A DNA stretch of 64,000 nucleotides from Gracilinanus agilis. Its lineage: Eukaryota. Positions 26,416 through 38,531 of this stretch are shown one piece after another. The position numbers and the translations under genes were made by a program. Numbering within the stretch: the first letter of the stretch is position 1; each line of letters opens with the position of its first letter. The DNA lies in NCBI RefSeq assembly GCF_016433145.1, contig NC_058130.1, positions 47,187,530-47,251,529 of the forward strand. Reading direction: 5' to 3'. Under the pieces are notes generated by a model, which was not told the DNA's origin, made no database searches, and saw only the letters and a list, made by a program, of their open reading frames with translations.

Positions 26416-26689
26416 AGATATCTCTCAAAGAGGAAATACCTCATATTTTCTGTGATCAAGTGGTTCATTCTCTTCAGTCCCTCCCAAGAACAGATGGAGG
26501 AATTCAGGGGACCTGACAGATGGGAACTGAAAAGGAAAAGAGAGAATTAGATTTCATGTTCATTTTTAGTATTTCATAGATTCCTCTTTGACAACTTGAA
26601 TTGTGTATCAGTTATTCAAGGATTAAGCTGGTTAAATATTCATAACAAGAAACCTAGCTACCAGGTGGTGAGTTTTTTATCAAATAAAA

Positions 26690-27350
26690 TCATGATATAA
26701 TTAATGAAAAACATTAAGCATTATAGGTAAAGCACGGTACTAAACACTGTAGATAAAATTAGAAAAGTGGAGATAATCCCTGTTTTCAAGGAGTTCACAT
26801 TCTAGTGGATCTAGCAACATTACTTATAGAAGGTTTCAGCCTCAAATCATGAAAAAGTCCCATGTTCCTCAAGGTGTAGCAGGAAAGTAAATGGTGATGC
26901 TTCTTATTTCATTTCATTTCCACTAATAAAGTTATATTAGTTTCTGATGTTGATCCATTTGGCAATATCAATGACTATAGTGATGAGAATTTTCTCTTTT
27001 TTTTCATTAGCTATGGTCATAGTACCAACAGAAGAAATTGCCAGACAACACAAAGGTCTTGCTTCTCAGGATAATGGCTATGGGACCAATCCTAGAAGCA
27101 AAACCTGTGGTCTGTGGGTGCTACCACTCCCAAGTATCAGATTCAAGATCTTAGGCTTTCTCCATCCAGGTCCGCTGCTGGTGATTGAAGTGGTGGCAGT
27201 GGTTTGATTTGCCTAAAATATGCTTCCTTCTGATTTTCGCACAGGACACCATGCTGCTTTAGATCGACTGCTGGCTTGACTACCCCTTAGGTGACTGGTC
27301 CCCTTCTCTACAGGAGTTCTTTCCCTGGATATTGGAATAAAGATTGTTTA
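26690..27350 (-). mobile_element. Marsupial L2-family element (L2_Mars-like)
   Basis: Antisense L2 3' terminus (cattaagca...cctgttttcaaggagttcacattctagt) followed by agaaggtttcagc...ctgatgttgatccatttg..., recalled as marsupial L2 sequence. Right boundary uncertain. Confidence 0.55.
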
Positions 27351-29069
27351 CAGTGGTCTAGAGGACTTGTGACCGACATCTGTGAAAGAAATTCCCATAC
27401 AAATGATAACATGGATTTTTGAAACACTATTTTTGGAGCCCTATACATGACATAATGGAAAAAGCAAAGACCCTAGAGTCAGATAAACTAGGTACAATAT
27501 CCCACCTCTGAGACTTACTTACTACCAGTATGATTAAGAGCAAGTCAGTTATCCAACTTAAACATCAACTTTCTCATCTGTAAAAAGAGGGAATTGGACT
27601 AGATTACCTCTAAGATTTCTTGCACTTCTATATGTATATTTATGATATCCTACAACTTAGTTTCCTATTTCATATCTAATCTACCAGCATTACCCAAAAA
27701 AATTAATGAAAAAGTAAGTTATCCTGTTTTGCTCGCAAAACTGACATCAGGTTCTTAGAATGGCCCAAACTAGTTCTACTTCACCACAACCAGGAGAGGA
27801 GATAAGAAGCCAAGTTTAAAACATGTCTTTCATCATTCCATGTTTTACTTGTATTTCTAGGATGAAAAATTACCCCCAAAGTCAAGCATTTACAAATATT
27901 TACAAATATTACAAGATCTTAGCTTCCCTCTAAAGAAGGGAAGATGGAACAGGGAATAAAAGAGTCTTAAAGAACTTTTGCACCCTCCCAACACTGTCTA
28001 TTACCACCTACTATCAAATACCATGAATTTGCTGGTGTTCTGTGACTGCTGAACTTTCCAGTACTTGAAAAATGAAACCATGAGTGGCAGGAGTGGGGAG
28101 CAAAGGAAGCTGAGCTCATTACTGAGCTGCCTTTTGACTTTTTGCAGGTACAAAGAATTCAAAGGTCTCCAAGATTGAACAAAAAGTAAGAAAATTGAAA
28201 GTTACAACCTCAGGCAGTTTTCTTCTAGCCTCTTTCTTACCAATTTTGCTAGATGCATCCAGTCAAGCCCTTCAAAGGGGGACTCCAGTTCTCCCAACAG
28301 AAGGGTTTGGGAGGATCCTATGGGAAAATGATGGCAAGAAAGGAACATCTGGGTTTCAAATTTGTTTGACGATGAATATTCAAGTTCCCAAAGTCGTGAT
28401 CTTCAATTGCCTCTTTGCTTTATATAAGGAATTATTTGAAAAGAGGATGTGCTCTGAAAGGTAAAATGTTCAAGATGGATTCTTAGCTAAAAAAGCCAAG
28501 CTTTTCTACCAGCTGTGACTGCTCATGTGAAGACAGCCACAGGAAACATTTGACTTAAGTCATCCAACAATTTTCAATATAATTCATCACGAATTTCATT
28601 TTGTATTTGCCTGCCATGTCCACTATGGTTCCCAATACAAAGCCCTTCCAAATTTTACACAGTCAGTGAATTGTCCTGCAACAAAGAGAAATTCTTCATG
28701 GAGGCCTTTGAACAAGACATTTAAGTCAGCTCAACTTGGAGGAACAATTCTATGGATTCTCTCTAGCCTAGCTCTTTGCTTTTCAGTCAAACAAGGGAGT
28801 TGTGAACCCTCTATAAAGGCCTTCCCAATGAACCTGTTTGAATTGAGTAAGGTTCCTTTTACTGCATGCTCACTGTCTTGGCCACTGCCATTTTAATTGA
28901 AACCATTAAAGCTTTATTGGGCCTATATTTTACCTAAGCCAAACAGATGGTTAGCTTTCAGGGGGTCTAGAGTTGCATAAGGTGATCTGAGAATGCATCA
29001 TGGTGCCAAAGTTCACGTGTGAATTATTTAAGTGTTCCCTCCTGGGCAACAAAGATAATACTTTAGTTG

Positions 29070-29185
29070 GATTTTGGGGGTTGCTTCTTTTCTTTCTTCC
29101 TTCTTTCCTTCTTATTTTCCTTCTTTCTATTTTTTCTTCACTTCCTTTGTTCCTTTCTTTCTATTTCTTTCTCTTTCTTTCTTCC
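29070..29185. repeat. CT-rich low-complexity tract
   Basis: Degenerate TTTC/TTCC units. Confidence 0.85.
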
Positions 29186-29765
29186 CCAACCCAACAATAA
29201 ATCTCAGCATCTTGCTTCTCTATTTAACAACTGCTCTGAACAATCAAGCAGCAACTAGGTTAAGGAAGTCTGAAAATACTAACCTATGAATAATTTTCCA
29301 GCCAAGTCTTTTTTGCCTGGAGCTTCATGGTGGCAATAGAGCATTGTGAGATAAGAGAATGTGTTTTTAAGAGGGTAGGAAAAAACAACCTTGACCCAGT
29401 AAAAACCTTGATTAATGGGCATGCTTAGAGAATAGGATATTCTACTAATTCTAAACTTCTCTGAAATATTTTCATTTATTTGAATCAACCTGATAAAAAT
29501 TTACGAGGAGGCTGCTTGGTACTAAGCACAGTCCTAGGCAAAATGGAAATAAGACAAAGTTCTTGTCTTCATGGAGTTTATAATCTAGTTTGGGTAGAGA
29601 GAGGTATGGAAGGTTCAGGGAAAAATAGTATCACTGATGTGAGGGCTTGCTGGGCCCTTTTCACTGATCATGTTGCTCATTTTTTAGGCCTCTCCATGGG
29701 TAAAAAAATAGCAAGTACCAATACTTCCTCTGCTCTGTCTCTCCCTCCCTCCTTCTTTTTCCTGC

Positions 29766-29909
29766 NNNNNNNNNNNNNNNNNNNNNNNNNNNNNNNNNNN
29801 NNNNNNNNNNNNNNNNNNNNNNNNNNNNNNNNNNNNNNNNNNNNNNNNNNNNNNNNNNNNNNNNNNNNNNNNNNNNNNNNNNNNNNNNNNNNNNNNNNNN
29901 NNNNNNNNN
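29766..29909. other. Assembly gap (144 N)
   Basis: N run after a CT-rich tract. Confidence 1.
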
Positions 29910-31404
29910 AATTCCATCTTTCCTTGCCTCTCTGCTTTATATAGCAAGAATATCTTCATTTTGCATCATGTCAAGGTAGAAGGACCACCTGGGCCCTGGA
30001 TACAAAATCAAATTCCATCCATTGTGGAAATGTTAATGTCTGTTTCATTCGAGTTAATATTTTAAATTGTCACCTTTATTTGTAGTTCTTTTCTGGAAGA
30101 TCTGTAAGTTAGAGAAAGCATGGCATAGAATGCCTTCAAAGCCAGGAAAACCAGGTTTCAGTTCTCAACTTTGATATATACTAGCTGTCTAATCCTGGGC
30201 AAGTCACATAACAATTCAATAGATCTTGGGTACTTCTATAACTATAAGTTGTAGAAAAGATTCTGGTCTACATTGATAGAAGTTTCCTCCCCCTATACCA
30301 ATAAAAGCATAAGACAAATCCCTATTCCCTTTCCAAGTTTTAACTGAGCCACAAATTTCCCAAAAGCACATGTGTTTACAAGTGTCCTCACTAAATGTCA
30401 CTCTCTCAAGAAAAAATGCTTATCCAGTGGGCTTCAACCAGAAAGCATCCTTCACTGATTGATAGCAATTTGGATTTTTTGTCATTCATCTCCTCGTGAA
30501 ATTCAAGTGAAGAAAGAGCAAATAAACGAGGAAATTCTGGTCGTTTAATGGTTCCAAGTGGTCAGGTTTTTTGGCCATGGAAACAGTGGGTTAAGACACA
30601 GAGAATTACATGGGCAAAGGTAAAGAGCAAGAAGAAGATGACGTAGTAAGCTAACAGCATCCTGCTACTCCCGCTCCCCTTTCTCTTGTTAGCTACAGCT
30701 CCTGCCCTTGATTCTTTGCTGCTTTGGAATTTGCAAAAATTAAATGGATTTGGCATGGGCTTCAGGACCTGCTGTCCCTGGAGGTTTGGTAAGAATCTGT
30801 TATCCTATTTCTTGTCCCATGGATTAAGCACATTTTTTGTTGGCCTAGGTGTCAACCATCTGCAATATAACTGGAGCTGTGACATGCCCACCGAGAGTGT
30901 GATTGCAATCACAGCTCTGATAACAATTGCAATGCCAGAGTCAGCAGCATGAAGGACATTGGAGTATTCGGGTCTGCTTGAGAAGCCAGTTCATATTGTT
31001 CCTGCTTACTTTTCTGGTGCTGAATGACAGGCCAACTCAGGCAGGTCACAGTATGGACCACACAGAATTGTCCCCAAAGAGGCAATTGGTCCCAGGACCT
31101 CTTCTGTAGTTTAAAGAAGGAGATGAATCTCTCTCCTACCATAAACTACGTAGTTTATACAGATGGTAACAACAAGTAATAACAGTTACTTGAGGTTATA
31201 GTACCAGTTCATAAATCAAAGGCCAGACACCTGTTCTCTACATCCCTCTCAAACCCCTCTACATACACATACACAAACATCCTTTCAAATTAACCCCTCA
31301 GGATATCTTTGATGACTTTTTCTCCTTCAAGATTCCATTTGATGCTTTTTAACCTGATTTCACCTGGCCAAAATTTGAAAGGATAAAGTAGATCCAAAGC
31401 TCCA

Positions 31405-31946
31405 GGGTCGGACTGCCAGGCTAAGATGGCCACAGAGTAGAAGCAAGAGTCTTCTTCTCCTCACCACCAACTGATATAAAACACCTTAAAAGGGCAAAAA
31501 TCAAAATCAGATGAGCAAAGGGGCTCCACTGTAGGGTGCAGCTCTTGAAGGTAGGCAGGGTTTGGGCATTTCCACACTATAAGGAGGTAAAATTACACCT
31601 ACCAAAGCACACGCTGATTACCCCTCCTCCACTCCACCTATGGTGCCAGAGTCAGAGCAAGCACAGGGGAATCTCTAGGTTCTCAGGGGGGGTGCCTGAG
31701 GGCACCACAAACTTACCCCTGAGAGCAGTGAGACTTGGGACCCAAGCCTGAGGAATGGAGAGCTTGGGCGCAGAGATAGGGCAGAGAGTACAGCAGATGG
31801 ACAGAGACTGGGAAAATAGGCTCAGGACAAAAACCACTCTGTAGCTCTGCCTACCCTCCTCACTCAGACTTCTGGCTGGGAAGGGAAGAAAAAACTAACA
31901 CAGCAATGGCCACCAACACCCAAGAACTACAATCTACAACCATAAA

Positions 31947-32008
<62 letters not shown>

Positions 32009-32230
32009 GGATGGATGAATGGGTGGATGAATAAATAAATAGATGAATAAATGGATAAACAAATAAATAAACAAATTAATTAATTAATTGAGTGATTGGT
32101 TGATTGATTGCTTGATTGATTAATTAATTGATTGATTGATGAGAAAAAGCCTCTGACCCTGGATAACTTCTACAGATAAAAACAGCAGACTACAGAGGTG
32201 ACACAAACAAGCAAACACATCTGAACTTTC
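31405..32230 (+). mobile_element. L1 5' UTR plus start of ORF1; rest of element absent
   Basis: YY1-type AAGATGGCC at 31423-31431 near the start; GC-richer UTR; ATG at 31906 (MATNTQELQSTTIK); after the microsatellite the sequence resumes as ...KASDPG/EKPLTLDNFY-like L1 ORF1 N-terminus and ends at about 32230. Family recognised from memory. Confidence 0.7.
31947..32140. repeat. Compound tetranucleotide microsatellite (GATA to GATG to AATA to AATT to GATT)
   Basis: About 15 perfect GATA units, then successive blocks of related 4-mers. Confidence 0.95.
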
Positions 32231-33015
32231 TAAAGTTCTAGGGTCTGTATCCCTACTAAGGACAACCCTGATGACAGACTGTGTCTTCCATGAGTAAGCA
32301 AAGTGACTCCTACTCTATCTTCCATGAACATGAAGAATTATTTGTCTAGTTCTCATCCCAGCCAGGAGAGAGAAGGCAGTCATAGAGCATGGAAGAAGAG
32401 CTATAACAACCATTGATTTTACCAATGAATGCCACTACACTCTCCAGTGGAATGTGATAATTAGCTGACTACCAGTAACTGGAATGTATTCTTCACAATG
32501 TATTTTTGACAGGTGCAGATATTAATTGAATCAGAGAGCTTCAGAGGTAGAGAGAACAAAGACTTCCTTCCTTCTCCATCTAGAGAGACACATTGCTCAT
32601 ATCTTCCTAGAGATAAAGGAGAAAACTGAACCCAATGACTTTAGTTTGAGACCAAACCAAGATCAAACTCTTCCATTTGCCATATGTGTAATGTTAGACG
32701 AGTTACTTAACCCCTAACTTTATGCGTAAAATGAGGGACCTGGACTAGTTTATCTCTAAAATCCTATCTAGTTCTAAATTCTATGAACTAATATGAATTA
32801 AACATTCATTTATCTATAACTAATTCTATTTTTCCACAGCATACTAGGGCCTGGGCTATTAAAAATTCTTGAATGTTGTTGTATACTTTAATTTTGGTAA
32901 AAAAAATAAGGGAGGAAAATATGACTTCATGCCCCTCGGTATATAGTTTGCTAGAGGGAAGTGCTATGATTCAGCTATAGTTACATTGTCTAGGCTATAA
33001 AATAGGAAGTGGTAA

Positions 33016-33255
33016 AAGCCAGCTAGGTGGTACAGTGGTAGAGTGCTGGAACTGGTAGAGACAAGAAGACTCCCCTTCCTGAGTTCAAATCTGACCTTAG
33101 ATACTTAATATCTATATAATCCTGAGCAAGTTACTTTAACTCTATTGGTCTCAGTTTCCTCATAAAATGAGTTGGAGAAAGAAATGATAAAACACAGCAT
33201 CTTTGCAAAAAAACAACATATGGAGTCATGAAGTGTTGGGCATGACTGAAAAAAA
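33016..33255 (+). mobile_element. MAR1-type SINE
   Basis: cagctaggtggtacagtgg head, ctgagttcaaatc B-box, ttggagaaagaaatg...ggagtcatgaag tail. Confidence 0.85.
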
Positions 33256-33284
33256 AAAAGAGAAAAAGCATTCTGCATGTATTT

Positions 33285-33445
33285 GTTTTTTAAATCCTTA
33301 TTCTCCATCTTAGAATCAATACTATGTATTGGTTCCAAAATAGAAGAGCAGCAAGAGCTAGGGTAATTAGGGTTAAGTATACACTGCTAGGAAATTGTCT
33401 GAGGCCAGATTTGAACCAGGACCTCCTGTCTCTAGGTCTGTCTCC
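33285..33445 (-). mobile_element. SINE1 (long-tail), internally deleted
   Basis: ttagaatcaatactatgtattggttccaa tail and gaggccagatttgaacc head. Confidence 0.8.
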
Positions 33446-34042
33446 ATACATTTATTAAGTACATATTATGTTCCAGTTCCTGTATTAGGCATTGAAGATA
33501 AGAAATAGTCCCTGTCCTTAAGGAGCTTATAATCTTCTGCGAGGAAATTACAGTTACTCAGACAAATAAATAGATACAAAAGTAATTTAATTGAAAAGAA
33601 AAATAAAAACTTAAGATGTCAGGAAACACCTCATGCTCAAGGCAACACTTGAACTAAACTTTAAAGGAATCTCATAATTGTAAGAGGCAGAGGTAAAAAG
33701 AGAAGTAATAGGCAGAATGGAACATCACATAGATAAAACTGCAAGAAGGCCATTTACCTTGAACGTAGAGTATACAGGGGAATTAATGTGAAATCAGTCT
33801 AGAAAAATAGGTTGACATATAAGTCTTTATCCATGAATGCAATAGAATATACTCTTGGCCATAAAAATCAATGAAAAGGACTGTTTCAGAGAAACCTGGG
33901 AAGTCTCATATGAACATAGAATGAAGTGAACAAAATGAGAAAGCTTTATACTAATGTATCCATTGTAAACAAAAAAAAACAGCTTTGGAAGAATTAAGAA
34001 TTTTGATACATGCAATAACCAAACATAATTCTAGATGTGCAA

Positions 34043-34640
34043 AGTTGTTGTCTTTCATACTCAAAGATCACCAAAATGATGTCATTGATGATGGCATTTG
34101 ACACCTGCATAAATTGGATTTAAGTGCATAAATTGGACTTGTGCATAAATTGATTTAAGTGAGGCAAAGCTTTACAAAGTTGTCAGATTCAATCTCTCTT
34201 CCAGAGTCATCAAAGTTCAGCAGCAAGACAAAAGTGAGGATGACCGGTGATAGCTCAGGATGCAGTGGATGACCTTGGCTTCTTCAAAGTCTAACCCAGC
34301 TGTAAGCATTGCACAGCTCCCAGTACTACTGCTGCCTTCATAGTCATTGAAATAAATTGTTCTGATCTACCCCTTATGCTCAGGGAAGCCTCATCAGACA
34401 CCCCCTATTCATCAACAGGTTTGAGACCTGTAGGTTACCCTCATCCTGGGTTAGCCTAATGCCAAGACATTTTACCAGGGTTTTGATAGCTGGGCATGGT
34501 ACAGCTTCATGGAGTCACTGGTGAAAGCTGGGTAGCAGGTAGAAACCAAAGTTGAATAAAGAGCACTGAAAAGGGCTCAGAAAGCTCCCATACCAGAAGT
34601 ACTATCTTCCCTGAAAACCCAAAATTTCCCTGATTTCCAA
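34043..34640 (+). mobile_element. RTE-derived SINE (WALLSI/RTESINE-type)
   Basis: ttgtctttcatactcaaagatcacc...ttggatttaagtg...ccagagtcatc head; similar in reverse complement to 37450-37985. Family name from memory. Confidence 0.7.
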
Positions 34641-34869
34641 GAAGAGTAGCAATAAAGAATGGTAGCCACATCCTGAGAGGTAATGGACTAAATATGCAGA
34701 AATAAGACACACTTTTTCAGACATTGCCAATATGATGATTTATTTGTTCTGCTTAACTATTATTTATTTAAAAGAATTTTACTTATGTTTCATTTTTTCT
34801 ATTGTGAGAATCTAGAAGAGAAAAAATGCTTGCTAATTGAAAAGAAATTTAGATTAATTTCATAAAATA

Positions 34870-35490
34870 AAAGTTAAAAGCAGTTTATGAAGGATTTAAA
34901 ATTGTCAATCAGAAGTATTTGTATTTTATCTTAAGGGTAATAAATACGGAGCTATTGAAGCTTCTTGAGAAGAATGACATGTTCTGACCTGTGCTTTAAG
35001 AAAATCACTTTGGCAGATGGATTGGAGACAGAAGAGGATGAACACAAGAAGACCATGTTAGTAGGCCATCACAATCACATGAGAAAGAGCCAGTGAGGGA
35101 CTAATCGAAGCTGGTGACCTTATGAGTAAAGAGAAGGGTTTCAGTGTGATAGTTGTTGTGAAGGCACAACTGACAAAATAGCAGATGAATGGCTACAGGA
35201 GAAGGTGAAGGATAATGACAAATTAAGAATGACTAAGGGCGAACCTGAGTGATTGAAAGGTTAGTGTTATCTTCAACAGAAAGAAGTTAAAAAAGAGGAA
35301 TGGATATTTAAAAGGAAAAATGAGCTGGTGAATTTGAAGTGTTCATGGGAACATTCAGGAAGAGTTCCAGTATGTAGTTCCACCATCCAAGCTGATGATG
35401 TAGACTAGAATTCAAGAGACAAATGAAGGCTGTATATAAAATTTTTAGAATTAGCTGAAGATAAATTTAAATTGAATCTTTCAAGCTATT
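34870..35490 (-). mobile_element. L2 fragment
   Basis: Purine-rich antisense L2 body (gacctgtgctttaagaaaatcactttggcag; gaacctgagtgattgaaagg). Confidence 0.65.
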
Positions 35491-35771
35491 GAGATGACCA
35501 AGAAAGGTTGCCCTCCTCTCTCCACAATCAAATCCTATCTCTCCTTCAAAATCCATCTTAAGTCCTACCTACATCTTTCATGAAGCTTCCTTGAACCAGG
35601 ATAAAACACTATGACCTCATACACTTCCCTGCTTTTAGCAGCAATTGTTAATACTACTTATCCTCCACCCCAAGATGCTGAAAGAACAAAGGAATGTTTC
35701 CAATATGTTTTGTAGGCTCTCTATGAAAGACTGATGGATTAAGATAGCCTGGACAAAAACTGCATAGGATA

Positions 35772-35970
35772 GGGGCAACTAGGTGGCTCAGTGGATAGAG
35801 AGTCAGGCTTGGAGACAGGAGGTCCTGGGTTCAAATGTGGCCTCAGATACTTCCTAGATATGTGACCCTACACAAGTCACTTAACCCCAATTTCCTAGCC
35901 CTTGCTTTGCTTCTGCCTTGGAACCAATACTTAGAATGGATTCTAAGACAGAAGGTAAGGGCATAAAAAA
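35772..35970 (+). mobile_element. Full-length SINE1 (long-tail)
   Basis: Complete A/B boxes and tail; TSD TGCATAGGATA at 35761-35771 and 35976-35986. Confidence 0.92.
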
Positions 35971-37019
35971 ATATTTGCATAGGATAAGACAGCATGTAAG
36001 AAGATGTGTGTAAGATGGCTGTGATTTGTACCAAGAAAACAAGTTTCCATACCAATGAAATCACTGGTACACCATAGCACCAAGTCCTGTGTTGTTTGTA
36101 GCAAGGTTTGGAAGACACTGGTTTTCTTCTGCAAGCAGAGAAGTAAAAAGTTCCCAGTTGTTTCTTCCTGTACTGGGAGGGAGGGAGGGAGAGATAGAGA
36201 GGGAGAGAAAGAGAGAGATGCTACAAGTTCCCTTTGCTTTCAGTAGCCAGAGCAAGGAATTTAGAGACTGATCAGTGGGTGTCTAGGCTACTGGTGGTTT
36301 CTGTCTTTCCACCTAGAAGAGTAGGCATCAGACTGTCTCCTCTTAGTCACTCCTTTCTATCCAAGAGAGCAGATGGCTAACTCCAGAGTTGTCTGTTCTG
36401 TAAAGTTGTTTACTTGCTGTTTAAGTGAGCATCAAAGCTAGCTTGCTCTAAATAAAAAATAAGATCAATCATAACTACCTTTTGATCTATGTATTTCCTC
36501 ATTTGCAGAAGGGAGAATCAGTGAATGGCAGGGATTGAGGTAGAGATTTTTTAAAGGACCAAGGCATGAACCTAAGTCCAAAATGCCAGGCTTTTTCTCC
36601 TACCTGGGGGCTGATACACATGAGAGGGAATTTTTATTTTTAATAATTAATAACTTTAGAAGACTACTAATAGCAGAAAAAGATTAAATCATGTGAATAT
36701 GGAACATTAACACTAGGGAATGCCTGAGCTATGAATAAAGAAATGTGTACAAGGAGGCTTGGTAAAAATCAGAATCATGTCTCTCAGACTGGTTTGGTCC
36801 CAAGGGGCAGGCATAATAGAGGCACTGACGTAGTAAGATTGCATACAGGGTTGCAAAAGGAAGAATTGGGAAAGAGTGGCACCACTTATATTTCTAAGGT
36901 GATGGCTAGCTAAAAAGTAGCTGGCTTTCCTGTGATACTAACCCCAGCTGGCACACTTGACTACATGGTTATTTTTTTAAACCTTCATTTCATTCTACCT
37001 TTTCCAGTAGTATGGAATA

Positions 37020-37430
37020 TTGTTCTTCCCCATCATGGCTAATGTGCCTGAGAAAGCTCTCTATATTAAGTGCTCCTAAATCTTTTCTCGCTCTCTTCCA
37101 AATCTCCTATATCTGGCTTCTGACCCCTTCATTCAGTTTCTCTCATCAAATTCACCAATGGCCTCTTCATGGCCAAATCTAATGACTTTTTCTCAGGCTT
37201 CATCCTTAGCCTCTCTGACTCCTGACTTCCTTCAAATCTCAGCTAAAATCCCCTCTTCCAAAAGAAGCCTTCGCCTGTCCTCTTTTATCTTAATGGCTTC
37301 CCTCTGCAGCTGACTGGAATGCCCTTCATTTTCCTGACTTCCTTCAATACAACTCAAATCTCAGCTACTCCAAGAGATCTTTCCCAGTCATTCCTTCCAT
37401 TCTCACTAAACTGCTGATGCCTTCCCTAAA
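37020..37430 (+). mobile_element. L2 fragments (RT and 3' regions juxtaposed)
   Basis: ctcatcaaattcaccaatggcctc...gccaaatctaatg, homologous to 57960-58020. Confidence 0.65.
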
Positions 37431-37449
37431 CAGAATACCTTGCCTCACT

Positions 37450-37985
37450 GTACATGGCTTGTATATACCTAGGGGTTTGGGAGTATTCAAGAAGAACTAT
37501 CACTTCTGTATGAGGGCTTGCTGAACCCTTTTCAAGGCTATTCACCCACCTTTGGTATCCGCCTTTGGTGTCCACCTTGCACCCAATTCTCAACTGTAGC
37601 TCCAAGAAGGCATAGCATGCCTCAGCAAACCACCTGAAGGTTCCTGATGGGCCACAAAGCTCTCCGTGAGTTAAGGAGTGGATACCCCAAGCACATGAAG
37701 ACTTCCCCTGGTGGGATGAGTAGATGAGAACAATTTGTTCCAATAGCTATGAAGGTGGTTGAAGGAGGCACTGAGGGGCTCCTAGAGCCCAATTAGGCAT
37801 TGAAGTCAAAGTCATCCTCTATATCTCAGGTCATCACTAGTCATCCTGGCTTGTCTTGCTCCTGGACTTTGGACTCTGGAAGAAAGAGTAGTCTGTACAA
37901 TTTTGTCTCACTTAAATCCAATTCACACAACTCAAGATATCATGGTGATGTTGCCGGTGCTCTGAAAACGAAGAACAAACAAGTA
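37450..37985 (-). mobile_element. RTE-derived SINE (WALLSI/RTESINE-type)
   Basis: cacttaaatccaattcac...gaaaacgaagaacaaac is the reverse-complement head of the 34043 element. Confidence 0.7.
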
Positions 37986-38110
37986 TTTGCCTAGCTATTT
38001 ACTCATTGCCTCTCTCGTTAGAATGTGAGCTTCTTGAGGGCACGGTCGGTGTTTTGCTCTTTTTTTCATATATTCAATATTTAGCACTGAGTGTGGCACA
38101 TTGTATGTAC

Positions 38111-38308
38111 TTTTTAAAAAACCCTTATCTCCCATCTTAGAATAAATACTAAGCATTTGTTCCAAGGCAGAAGAGTGATGAGGGCTAGGCAATTGAGGTT
38201 CATTGATTTGTCCAGTGACAAAGCTAGAAGTGTGTGAAACCACATTTGAACCCAGGACCTCCTGTCTCCAGGCCTGGCTCTCTATCCACTGAGCCTCCTA
38301 GCTGCCCT
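38111..38308 (-). mobile_element. Full-length SINE1 (long-tail)
   Basis: Antisense tail to ...ctagctgccc head. Confidence 0.88.
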
Positions 38309-38531
38309 TTGGCAATTTGACTTGATTTTTCATGTATTTATATCTTGTTATGTATTCCCAGTTAGATTATAAACTCCTTGAGGGCAATATAAGACTGTTT
38401 TCAGTATCTTTTCTTTTGTATCTCCTACAATATCTAGTATTCTGTATCTTGGTCAAGTTGCTTACTCTCCAAGGACCTCCATATTTTTTTCATTTATAAA
38501 ATGAAGTGTTTTAAATAAAAAGACACTGATG

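Noticed and set aside
36050-36240. Minus-strand acceptor with several open frames
   Set aside because: The pyrimidine tract is a (CT)/(CCCT) simple repeat, and none of the frames is recognisable.
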